A DNA stretch of 52,851 bases from positions 1-52,851 of IMG/VR virus record IMGVR_UViG_3300043753_000018; one strand, 5' to 3'. The position numbers and the translations under genes are program-made. The DNA comes from a virus (lineage: Duplodnaviria; Caudoviricetes). The notes beneath the pieces were generated by a model, which ran no database searches, was not told where the DNA came from, and saw only the letters and a program-made list of their open reading frames with translations. Position 1 is the first letter of the stretch, and each line of letters opens with the position of its first letter. Below are positions 9,344-17,556 of this stretch, piece after piece.

Positions 9344-10018
9344 ATGCCCGCCGACAGCCCCACGCCGCTCGTGACCTGGGCCCAACTCACCGAGGGGCCA
9401 CTGGGCGACCTGGTCCGCGCCTACCAGGCCGGCCAGCCACAGACCGACCTCGTGTCGGAGGCCACCCGCCTGTGTGAGGAGCACTGCGACCGCAGGCTCG
9501 CCCCGTTCACCGGGCTGGTTGAGACGCACCGCGCGGACGGGATCGACCCGGACGAGTACATGGACTCCGGGGCGATGCCGCTCGATCTGGCCGGCTCGCT
9601 CGGCCGCAACTGGGCAGCCAGCTTCGGCAGTACGGCGATGATCCGGCGCATGCACCTGTCCGAGTACGCGCCGCGCTACCCGGAGATGTGGGCCTACTCC
9701 AACGTGTCGGTGCAGGTGGTGCGCTCGTACGGTGGCAGTGAGACCGTGCTGCCCGGCAACCTGACCATGGGCCCGCAGCCGGACACCGGACTCATCTGGT
9801 TCCAGCTCGGCCAGTTCATCCCCGCCGCGTCGGTCATCCAGGTGACGTACGGCGGCGGCTACCAGACGGTGCCGGCCTCGCTGGTGCGGGCCGCGAAGTT
9901 CATGGCCGGCTCGATCGCGGCGACCGAACTCGACCCGCAAGGCCAGGCCCACGGTCACGACCCGGACCTCCTGCGCGCCAAGGCCGAGGACATCCTGACT
10001 GCCTACGTGAGGTCTTGA
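9344..10018 (+). CDS. Head-to-tail adaptor protein
   Basis: EATRLCEEHCDRR and VTYGGGYQTVPASL motifs typical of gp6/gp15-like adaptors; position. Confidence 0.75.
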   Translation: MPADSPTPLVTWAQLTEGPLGDLVRAYQAGQPQTDLVSEATRLCEEHCDRRLAPFTGLVETHRADGIDPDEYMDSGAMPLDLAGSLGRNWAASFGSTAMIRRMHLSEYAPRYPEMWAYSNVSVQVVRSYGGSETVLPGNLTMGPQPDTGLIWFQLGQFIPAASVIQVTYGGGYQTVPASLVRAAKFMAGSIAATELDPQGQAHGHDPDLLRAKAEDILTAYVRS

Positions 10019-10692
10019 TGTCCTGGGGCATGCCGCAGCCGACGGCAGCTGCTCGGCAGACGGTGAAGCGGCACCTGTCGCCCGAGGCCCGGGCCCGCAT
10101 CTCGGCCCGGATGAAGGGCAGGCCGCACCCGCACCGCGGGCACCCGATCAGCACCGAAACCCGCGCGAAGATCAGCGCCGCGCTCAAGGGCCGGCACCAC
10201 GCCGGGCACTCGATGTCCGCGGCGGCCCGGGCCAAGCTGAGCGCCAAGCTGAAGGGGCGGCACCACGCCGGCCACAAGCTCAGCGCCGCCCAACGCGCGA
10301 AGCTGGCCGCCAAGTTGAAGGGGCGCAAGCGGAAGCCCCTGTCCGCGGCCGCGAAGGCCAAGCTGGCCGCGCGGCTGAAGGGGCGGAAGCGGAAGCCGAT
10401 GAGCGCCGCGGCCCGCGCGAAGCTCGCCGCCCGACTCAAGGGCCGCCCGCGTCGGCCGATGTCGGCCGCGGCGAAGGCGAAGATGCGGGCCCGGATGAAG
10501 GGCCGGCCCCGGAAGCCGGGGCACCGCCGGCCGATGTCCGCTGCCGCGAAGGCGAAGCTGTCCGCCCGGCTGCGTGCCGCGCACCACCACGGCAGCCACA
10601 AGCGGCGCCCGATGTCCCCGGCCGCCCGCGCGAAGGCGGCCGCGACCCGGCGCGCCCACCCCCGCAAGCAGCAGAGGAGGCGCCGCCGTTGA
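10018..10692 (+). CDS. Ultrabasic protein with nine NUMOD3-like repeats
   Basis: Repeats of (L/I/M)SxxxRAK(L/I)SAxLKGR; only two acidic residues; overlaps both neighbours. Confidence 0.8.
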   Translation: MSWGMPQPTAAARQTVKRHLSPEARARISARMKGRPHPHRGHPISTETRAKISAALKGRHHAGHSMSAAARAKLSAKLKGRHHAGHKLSAAQRAKLAAKLKGRKRKPLSAAAKAKLAARLKGRKRKPMSAAARAKLAARLKGRPRRPMSAAAKAKMRARMKGRPRKPGHRRPMSAAAKAKLSARLRAAHHHGSHKRRPMSPAARAKAAATRRAHPRKQQRRRRR

Positions 10693-11186
10693 GCACCGCT
10701 GACGCTGTCGCCCGCGAGGCTGCGTGGCTGGCCACATCCGGCGACGGGTTGCCCGCCCTGCTGGCCTCGGCCGGGGGCCCGTGGGACATCGTCCAGGCGT
10801 ACATGCCGCGCACCCCGGCCACCGCGAAGCGGCAGATCTTCGTGCTGCGGCGGCGGATCACGGAGAATCGCTTCGGCGCCCCACGCAAGATCGACACTTA
10901 CCAGCTGCATCTCACGCTGTGGTGGCCGCTCGGCTCGACCACGACCGGCGCCCCGCTGGCGGAGACAGAGCAGGCCAACCTCGATGCCGCGATCGACCTG
11001 TTGCTCCAGCGGATCCGCGGGTACCCAACCGACCACTCCCACGGCGGCCGGTTCCTGTCCGTCGCGGAAGCCCCGGCTGGCGCGGAGATCGCGGTCGACT
11101 TCGCCGATCCCGTGCAAGGGATCGGCCAGGGCGTGCTCACCGCCACCGTCACCTACTCCGCGGACGACGCCGACTTCACGGCCTGA
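10689..11186 (+). CDS. Putative tail terminator/completion protein
   Basis: Position ahead of major tail gene; size and alpha/beta pattern. Confidence 0.6.
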   Translation: MSTADAVAREAAWLATSGDGLPALLASAGGPWDIVQAYMPRTPATAKRQIFVLRRRITENRFGAPRKIDTYQLHLTLWWPLGSTTTGAPLAETEQANLDAAIDLLLQRIRGYPTDHSHGGRFLSVAEAPAGAEIAVDFADPVQGIGQGVLTATVTYSADDADFTA

Positions 11187-11207
11187 CGCCCGTCAACCAC
11201 CCGTCAC

Positions 11208-11238
11208 GGCCCCCGTCACCACGGGGGCCTTCGTGTTT
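11208..11238 (+). terminator. Putative intrinsic terminator
   Basis: ggcccccgt-cacc-acgggggcc stem-loop followed by ttcgtgttt. Confidence 0.55.
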
Positions 11239-11251
11239 CCCGGAGGCCCCC

Positions 11252-11491
11252 GTGTCCGTCACGGCCCCCTACCCGCAGCGCAACGCCGGGGACAGCCCGG
11301 TCGACGTACCCGCCATCCCGGCGACCGTCCAGCCCGGCGAGGTCGTGCTGTGGCCGCACCCGATCGCCGGGTTCGAGCCGGTCCCGGCCGAGCCGCCCGC
11401 ACCAGCCGCGAAGGCCGCCCCCGCCAAGACCACCCCATCGCCGGCCGAGCCGGCCCAGCCCGCAGCCGCCGGCGCGGCCGGTCAGGAGTAG
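11252..11491 (+). CDS. Pro/Ala-rich hypothetical protein
   Basis: GGAGG RBS before GTG 11252. Confidence 0.65.
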   Translation: MSVTAPYPQRNAGDSPVDVPAIPATVQPGEVVLWPHPIAGFEPVPAEPPAPAAKAAPAKTTPSPAEPAQPAAAGAAGQE

Positions 11492-11494
11492 ACG

Positions 11495-12670
11495 ATGACC
11501 CAGCTCGCCCGCTACGGCACGCTCGGCCTGGCCAAGGAGGTCACCTCGGGTACGTACGTCACCCCCGCGGTTGGTATCCCGTACACCGGCAGCTCCGGGT
11601 TCGAGGACATGTACGACCAGATCAAGGACGAGAGCGTCAGGGGTGACGACACCGTGCTGCACGGCTCTTACCAGGGCCCCGCGCATGCCGAGTGGTCGAT
11701 CGACTGCCTGGCCTACCCCGACCTGACCGGCCACTTCCTGTGCGGGACGATCGGCCCGGACACGGTCACGGCCGGCATCACCACCTCGCTCAGCGCGGCC
11801 ACGCTGGTCGGCGCGACGTCGATCTCGACCGCGGTCTCGCTCCCGGCCGGCACGGTTGTCAAGGTCGGCAGCGGCGCGGCGATCGAGTACGCCTGGACCG
11901 ACGGCGCCGCAACGGGCTCGGGCCCGTACGTCTCCAACGTGACCACGGTGCTCGGCAAGATCGGCGTCAACCGGGTCGGTCTGGCCAACGCGCACAGCTC
12001 GGCGGACCCGGTCCTCACCCCGACGACCCACCTGTTCAAGCAGTCGCCGAGCACCGCGCTGCCGACCTACTCGCTCACCTACTTCGACACCATCCAGTAC
12101 CTGAGCTGCAGTTACGCCCGGTTCTCCGAGCTCCAGGTGAAGATCGACCCGAAGGGCGCGGTCTCCCTCTCCAGCAAGATGACCTCCTTCCCGAGCACGA
12201 GCGCGTCCAGCGTGAGCGAGACGTACAGTCAGTACGATCCGCTGCTCGGCTGGTCCTGGGGGCTCACGAACGCGGGCGCCAGTTCGACCCGTGGCAAAAC
12301 GCTGGACGCGACGATCAAGCGCGCGGTCGAGGCGATCGCCAGCTCGGACGGCACGCAGAATCCGCGCGAGGTCTTCGCGGGCGCCATCGAGTTCGACGCG
12401 ACACTCAAGGCGATCTTCGAGAACAACACCGACTTGGCGCTGTTCCTCGCCAACTCGCAGCAGCCGCTGACCGCGTCGCTCCAGCAGCCGCTCAGCCGCG
12501 GCGGCCAGTCCCTGTCCCTGACCAGCTCGAAGTCGGCCTGGTACAAGGGCAAGCGGGACATGTCTGGGTCGTACGCGATGGCGGACTTCTCCATCTCCGG
12601 CGTCTGGAACTCGGTCGACGGCGGCGCCGTCCAGGCGACGCTGACCAACTGGCAGACGACCGCCTACTGA
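11495..12670 (+). CDS. Major tail (tube) protein
   Basis: GLAKEVTSGTYVTP N-terminal motif; precedes tail chaperone and TMP. Confidence 0.85.
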   Translation: MTQLARYGTLGLAKEVTSGTYVTPAVGIPYTGSSGFEDMYDQIKDESVRGDDTVLHGSYQGPAHAEWSIDCLAYPDLTGHFLCGTIGPDTVTAGITTSLSAATLVGATSISTAVSLPAGTVVKVGSGAAIEYAWTDGAATGSGPYVSNVTTVLGKIGVNRVGLANAHSSADPVLTPTTHLFKQSPSTALPTYSLTYFDTIQYLSCSYARFSELQVKIDPKGAVSLSSKMTSFPSTSASSVSETYSQYDPLLGWSWGLTNAGASSTRGKTLDATIKRAVEAIASSDGTQNPREVFAGAIEFDATLKAIFENNTDLALFLANSQQPLTASLQQPLSRGGQSLSLTSSKSAWYKGKRDMSGSYAMADFSISGVWNSVDGGAVQATLTNWQTTAY

Positions 12671-12780
12671 CGGCCGTCCCCTGATCTCCCGGCGCGGTCC
12701 GGCAGCGCGCGAGCGTTGAGGGCGCGGGGACGCGTCGCCGCCGCGCCGGGACCCCTCCCCACCCCTCACGAGGAGCCTCC

Positions 12781-13311
12781 ATGTCCACTCCCATGTCCGA
12801 CCAGCAGCCGGCGCCGGTGTATCCGCCGGCCCCGCAGCCGGTCCCAGCGACCTTCGTCCCGCAGCCCGTCCCGTCGGCCGCCCCCGCCGCGCCGGTGCTG
12901 CCGCAGCTCGCCGACCAGCAGGCCACCGCCGTGCAGATCCCCGAAGGCGGCTACGCACAGCGGATCGTGCGGATCCCGCTGCCCCAGTTCCACCTCGCGG
13001 AGGTCCCGGCGCCGTGGGTGGAGATGCGCAACCCCGGGCTGATGGCCCAGGAGGCGTTGGAGGAGATCGGCCACGGGCTGACCGGCGTCACGATCGGGCC
13101 TGATGGGCAGCCCAGCGAGGCGGACAGTGAGCTCGTGCTTGCCACGATGGCCAGGTTGCTGCGCCGCTGGTGCATGTGGGACGCGTCCAGCGAGGACGAC
13201 GTGCCGCCCCTGCTGCCGGAGACCGTGACTGTGGAGTCACTCCGCAAGGCGCCGCTGGGTGTTTTCCGAGCGATCGGCGCGGCCTTCGTGGAGCTGCAAA
13301 ACCCTCAGTAG
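12781..13311 (+). CDS. Tail assembly chaperone (gpG-like)
   Basis: GAGGAG RBS; between tail tube and TMP; ends at slippery-like GCAAAACCC. Confidence 0.75.
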   Translation: MSTPMSDQQPAPVYPPAPQPVPATFVPQPVPSAAPAAPVLPQLADQQATAVQIPEGGYAQRIVRIPLPQFHLAEVPAPWVEMRNPGLMAQEALEEIGHGLTGVTIGPDGQPSEADSELVLATMARLLRRWCMWDASSEDDVPPLLPETVTVESLRKAPLGVFRAIGAAFVELQNPQ

Positions 13312-13556
13312 GGCCGGATTCGTCGTACCTCAACGACGTGCTCTGGCCTGCGGAATCGGTGTACGAGGGCACGTGGGCGTCCGGCCCGGTGCCCGTTGAA
13401 ATGCAGTGGGTCGAGTTGATGCGCGAGTACCGGTGGTCCTGGCGCGACTTCGAGCAGACGCCACCGTACGTGCGCCGGGTCTTCTGGGACCTGATGGTGG
13501 CCCGGCGCGACGCCGAGCGCGAGGCGAGCGAGCGCAACAACAGGAAGCGAGGCTGA
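13296..13556 (+). CDS. Tail assembly chaperone frameshift extension (gpT-like, -1 frame)
   Basis: Open -1 frame (AKPSVGPDSSYLND...WSWRDFEQTP) overlapping the chaperone stop. Confidence 0.65.
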   Translation, partial: AKPSVGPDSSYLNDVLWPAESVYEGTWASGPVPVEMQWVELMREYRWSWRDFEQTPPYVRRVFWDLMVARRDAEREASERNNRKRG

Positions 13557-13557
13557 C

Positions 13558-14019
13558 ATGCCGGAGTTGGCCAGTGGGGCGATCGCGCAGGCGATCGCCC
13601 GGGCGAGCGAGGCGGGCGTCGCACGCGCGGCGATCGCGCTGGAGTCCCTGGCCGAAGCGGTGGAAGAGCAGGCCCGGGCCAACGCCAGCAACGGCAGCCA
13701 CCCCTATGGCACGCCGACGCCGGCGCGCCCCGGCGAGGGCCCGGCGCAGATCTCCGGCACCCTGGTGGCCTCGATCGGGCACGCCCCGATCACGAAGGAC
13801 CCTGCGGGATGGGCGACGAAGGTCGGCCCGCGGCAGGGCTTCAGCCCGCCGTACGGGAAGCGCCCCACCCCGGCGCACCTGTACGGCTACTACCTGGAGA
13901 CCGGCCTTCGCAACGGGACGACGTATCCGTGGTTGAAGCCGGCGGCGGACAGGGTGGTGCCGGCCGCCGCGGGGATCCTCGCCAAGGCCTTCGGCGGCGA
14001 CTGGGTGGCCGAGGCCTGA
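13558..14019 (+). CDS. HK97 gp10-like neck/tail-completion protein
   Basis: PARPGEGPAQISGTLVASI and YGYYLETG...YPWLKPA motifs. Confidence 0.7.
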   Translation: MPELASGAIAQAIARASEAGVARAAIALESLAEAVEEQARANASNGSHPYGTPTPARPGEGPAQISGTLVASIGHAPITKDPAGWATKVGPRQGFSPPYGKRPTPAHLYGYYLETGLRNGTTYPWLKPAADRVVPAAAGILAKAFGGDWVAEA

Positions 14020-14020
14020 G

Positions 14021-14500
14021 TCAGTGCTGCGGGGCGACCGAGCAGCCGTATGAGGCGTCGGTGCCCCGGAGGTTGCCGCCGATGTCGCCGATCTGCGCGA
14101 GCGGCACGGGCGCCCGGTAGGCGTGGGTGCCGGCGTCGATGTGGTCGTCGTGGCGGTAGATCGTCCCGTCCGTTCCTGACGCGTGGGTGATCAGCTCACC
14201 GGCCACCGTGGTGGTGGCGGTCCAGCTCATCGTGCCGTCGCCGTTGTCCCGGTAGGTGATCGCGCACTGCGGGTCGCCGGGGTAGGTGAACGTCGGCGCC
14301 GCGGCGGCTGGCACCGCTGCCGCGGGCGTGGTGGTGGTCGCGCTGTGCGGCGCCGTCGTTGTGCTCGCCGCCGGCCGGGCAGGGCTGGCCGCGGCCGGCT
14401 TGCTCAGGCTCTGCTTTGCGCCGGAGACCATGCCCGCGACCACGACCGGCACGCACACCAGCACCGCGATCCCGATCCCCATCTTCTTGCCCGTGCTCAT
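14021..14500 (-). CDS. Membrane-anchored/secreted protein (moron) antisense within tail operon
   Basis: Basic N terminus plus hydrophobic helix, Ala/Pro/Thr linker, compact beta domain with two Cys; GC3-rich on minus strand. Confidence 0.75.
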   Translation of the reverse strand: MSTGKKMGIGIAVLVCVPVVVAGMVSGAKQSLSKPAAASPARPAASTTTAPHSATTTTPAAAVPAAAAPTFTYPGDPQCAITYRDNGDGTMSWTATTTVAGELITHASGTDGTIYRHDDHIDAGTHAYRAPVPLAQIGDIGGNLRGTDASYGCSVAPQH

Positions 14501-14616
14501 CGGCGGCCTCGCGCCCTGCTGGCTCAACTCTCCCCCTCGGCCCGGCAGTCCCTGTGGGCTCAGCACGGTAGCCCCTTCCGCGCGCCCGCGCACCTGATTC
14601 GCACCGAGGAGGGCAC

Positions 14617-17544
14617 GTGAGCAGCGAGATCGGCGACCTGTTCGTCACCCTGCGGGCCGTCACCGACCCCTACACCGGGCCGATGACCGACGCGGCAGGC
14701 ATCGGAGAGGACGCGACCAGCCGCATCATGACCGCGGCATCGCAGATGGCCGCCTCTCTCGACGAGAGCGCCCAACTCGCGGCCGCCGCGTTCAAGTCGA
14801 TCCTGGATGCCGCCACCGAGCTGGCCGAGGGCCTGGTCGAGCCCCTAGCCGCTGTCAAGACCAGTGTGCGCCAGGTGGCCTCCGCTGTTCGTGCCCTGGG
14901 CACTGCTGCGACGGGCGCGGAGGAGACCGCCGCGCCCGCTTTCGATGCGATCTCCGCCAGTGCTGATCAGATGGCCACGGTGCTCGATGCGGCCCTCGCC
15001 ACGGCGCAGGCTTCGGTGGCTGGCCTGGACGCCGAGTTCACCGCGGCGGCCGTCGGCGCGACCACGGCGGCGACGGAGATGAAGGCTGCTGGCGCGGAGG
15101 GTGCGGCGGCGGCGACGGAGGCCGGGGACGCTGCTGCGGCCTCGGCCGGCGAGTCGTCAGCCGCGTTGGACGGTACAGCTGGTGCGCTGAGCAAGTACGT
15201 GTTGGGGCTGGCCGCGACCGGTGTCGGCCTGTTCGAGGCGGTCAAGGGCGCGACCCAGTTCAACGGCGTGATCACACAGCTGAACACGCAGGCCGGGGTG
15301 AGCAAGACGCAGTTGGCCAGCCTCGGCGACGGAGCGCTCGATCTGGCCGGGCAGGTCGGGCAGAACCCGGACAGTTTGGCCGAGTCACTGCTGCACGTTG
15401 AGTCGAATTTCGAGTCAATGGGGATCAGTGGCGCCAATGCCCTGAACATAGTGAAGATTGCCGCAGAGGGTGCCACCACCGGTCACGCTGACCTTGTGGA
15501 CGTCACCAATACTTTGACTGCGGCCGTCGCAAGTGGCATTCCTGGCGTGCAGAATATGGGCCAAGCAATGGGCCAGTTGAATGCAATCGTAGGCTCCGGC
15601 GATATGAAGATGCAGGACCTTGCCGACGCATTCGGTTCCGGCATGGTAGCCACCGTAAAGGGATTCGGACTGTCCTTGACTGACGTCGGGGCGGCTTTGG
15701 CAACATTCGGCGACAATAATATTCGCGGGGCTGTCGCTGGCACTGATCTGCGAATGACCGTACAGGCATTGGCTGCCCCCGTGTCAACCGCTGGGGCCGA
15801 GCTGGACAAGCTCGGCCTGAAGCAAAACACCCTCGCCCAGGACATGCAGAAGGGCGGGCTGAAGCTCGCCCTCGAAGACCTCATGAAGCACATGAAAGAC
15901 GCTGGCGTCACTGCTGACCAGCAAGGTGCTGTAATTACGGAGGTTTTCGGAAAAAAGGCCGGAAGCGGCATCAACGTCCTCACTGACCAAATGGACCGCT
16001 TCGAATCCAAGTATCCGGCAATCACTGCCGGAGCAAATTCCTTCGGCGACGCCTGGAAAACCGCCTCACAGACCACCGCAGTTGAGTTTGATCAGCTCAA
16101 GTCCGGCCTTGAGGCTATGGGCATCAAGCTCGGCCAGATGCTGCTGCCGTACATCACGAAGTTCCTGGGCTGGATCCGGGATGGCGTCAGCTGGGTGACC
16201 AGTCACAAAGCGGCGATGGAGGGCTTGGCGGCGGTCCTAGGCGGGGTTCTCCTGACGGCGGTGGTGTCGATCGCGGGCGCGGTCGCGACCATGTCCGCCC
16301 CATTCACCCTGGCGGAGGTGGCGATCGCCGCTGTCGGCGCGGCCATCTTCTACGCCTACACCCACTTCAAGACTTTCCGCGAGATCGTCAACGACGTGGC
16401 GTCATTCCTCAAGGCCGCGTTCGTGGTGGCCTGGCACGCCGCGGGTGCGGTCATCGACTGGTTCCGCACGACGGTACTGCCCGCATTGAAGACCGCCATC
16501 AAGGACGTCATCGACTGGTTCAACAGCCACAAGGAGGACTTCAAGGCCGCGTGGGACAAGGTGATGCACGACGTTCAGGTGATCGCCAAGTGGTTCGATG
16601 ACAACGTCCTCAAGTGGGTCGAGGCCCGCGTTGCCGAGCTCGTCACCTGGTGGCACGACCACTCGCAGGAGATCTCCGAGGTGTGGAGCGTCCTGTGGAA
16701 GGGAGTCAGCGATGAGGTCAGCACGATCTGGGACGGCGTCATCAAGCCGCTGCTGTCAACCATCGCCGGGTTCTGGGCCCTGATCTGGGGCGTGATCAGG
16801 GACACGGTGGAGACCGTGTGGAAGCTGATCTCCGACGTCATCACCACCGCGCTGCACTTGATCGAGAACGTGATCGGCCTCGTGCTCGATGTGATCACCG
16901 GGAACTGGGGGCGCGCCTGGAAGGACCTGAAATCCCTGGTCAGTGACGCGTTCACTGACGTGCTGCACTTCATCGGCGACGCCGTCTCCGGCTTCGGGAC
17001 GCTCCTGTACGACGCCGGAGCCAACTTGATCAAGGGGCTGATCAACGGCATCGGCTCGATGATCGGCGGGATCACCAGCACGATCAGCGGGATCGCCAAG
17101 ACCGTCCGGGACTACTGGCCGTTCAGCCCGGCGAAGACTGGCCCGCTGAGTGGCAGCGGCTCGATGGACATCGCCGGGGCGAAGATCGGCGGGATGCTGG
17201 CGTCCGGCATGCACTCGTCTGCCGGGGTGGTCACCCAGGCCGCCGCGCGGCTGGCGGGGATCGCGGCGGGCGCGGGCGGCGCTGCGATTGCGTCTGGGCC
17301 GGCCGGCGGCTTCCTGCCGTCGGCCGGCGGCACAGGCGCGCTGACGATCGGCGGAAGCGGCGCGGGCCTGGAGGCGCTGGCTGTGGCCCTGTCGTCCGCA
17401 GGCGCATCCGCGCCGGCGGACAGCGAGCAGCTTCCGCCGATCGTCGTCCAGGTGGACGGTCGCGAGCTTTTCAAGATCATGCAGACCCAGGCGCTCCGCA
17501 ACGGCAGGCGCAACCCCACCACCGGGCTCGTCTACTCGACATGA
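14617..17544 (+). CDS. Tape measure protein (TP901-type)
   Basis: 975 aa, Ala-rich; GAVAGTDLR...EVFGK core; Trp-periodic repeats; PFSPAKTGPL C-terminal motif. Confidence 0.93.
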   Translation: MSSEIGDLFVTLRAVTDPYTGPMTDAAGIGEDATSRIMTAASQMAASLDESAQLAAAAFKSILDAATELAEGLVEPLAAVKTSVRQVASAVRALGTAATGAEETAAPAFDAISASADQMATVLDAALATAQASVAGLDAEFTAAAVGATTAATEMKAAGAEGAAAATEAGDAAAASAGESSAALDGTAGALSKYVLGLAATGVGLFEAVKGATQFNGVITQLNTQAGVSKTQLASLGDGALDLAGQVGQNPDSLAESLLHVESNFESMGISGANALNIVKIAAEGATTGHADLVDVTNTLTAAVASGIPGVQNMGQAMGQLNAIVGSGDMKMQDLADAFGSGMVATVKGFGLSLTDVGAALATFGDNNIRGAVAGTDLRMTVQALAAPVSTAGAELDKLGLKQNTLAQDMQKGGLKLALEDLMKHMKDAGVTADQQGAVITEVFGKKAGSGINVLTDQMDRFESKYPAITAGANSFGDAWKTASQTTAVEFDQLKSGLEAMGIKLGQMLLPYITKFLGWIRDGVSWVTSHKAAMEGLAAVLGGVLLTAVVSIAGAVATMSAPFTLAEVAIAAVGAAIFYAYTHFKTFREIVNDVASFLKAAFVVAWHAAGAVIDWFRTTVLPALKTAIKDVIDWFNSHKEDFKAAWDKVMHDVQVIAKWFDDNVLKWVEARVAELVTWWHDHSQEISEVWSVLWKGVSDEVSTIWDGVIKPLLSTIAGFWALIWGVIRDTVETVWKLISDVITTALHLIENVIGLVLDVITGNWGRAWKDLKSLVSDAFTDVLHFIGDAVSGFGTLLYDAGANLIKGLINGIGSMIGGITSTISGIAKTVRDYWPFSPAKTGPLSGSGSMDIAGAKIGGMLASGMHSSAGVVTQAAARLAGIAAGAGGAAIASGPAGGFLPSAGGTGALTIGGSGAGLEALAVALSSAGASAPADSEQLPPIVVQVDGRELFKIMQTQALRNGRRNPTTGLVYST

Positions 17545-17556
17545 TGGGAGGGCATC

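Noticed and set aside
10018-10692. Homing endonuclease or intron
   Set aside because: No GIY-YIG or HNH catalytic motif, and flanking genes are not interrupted.
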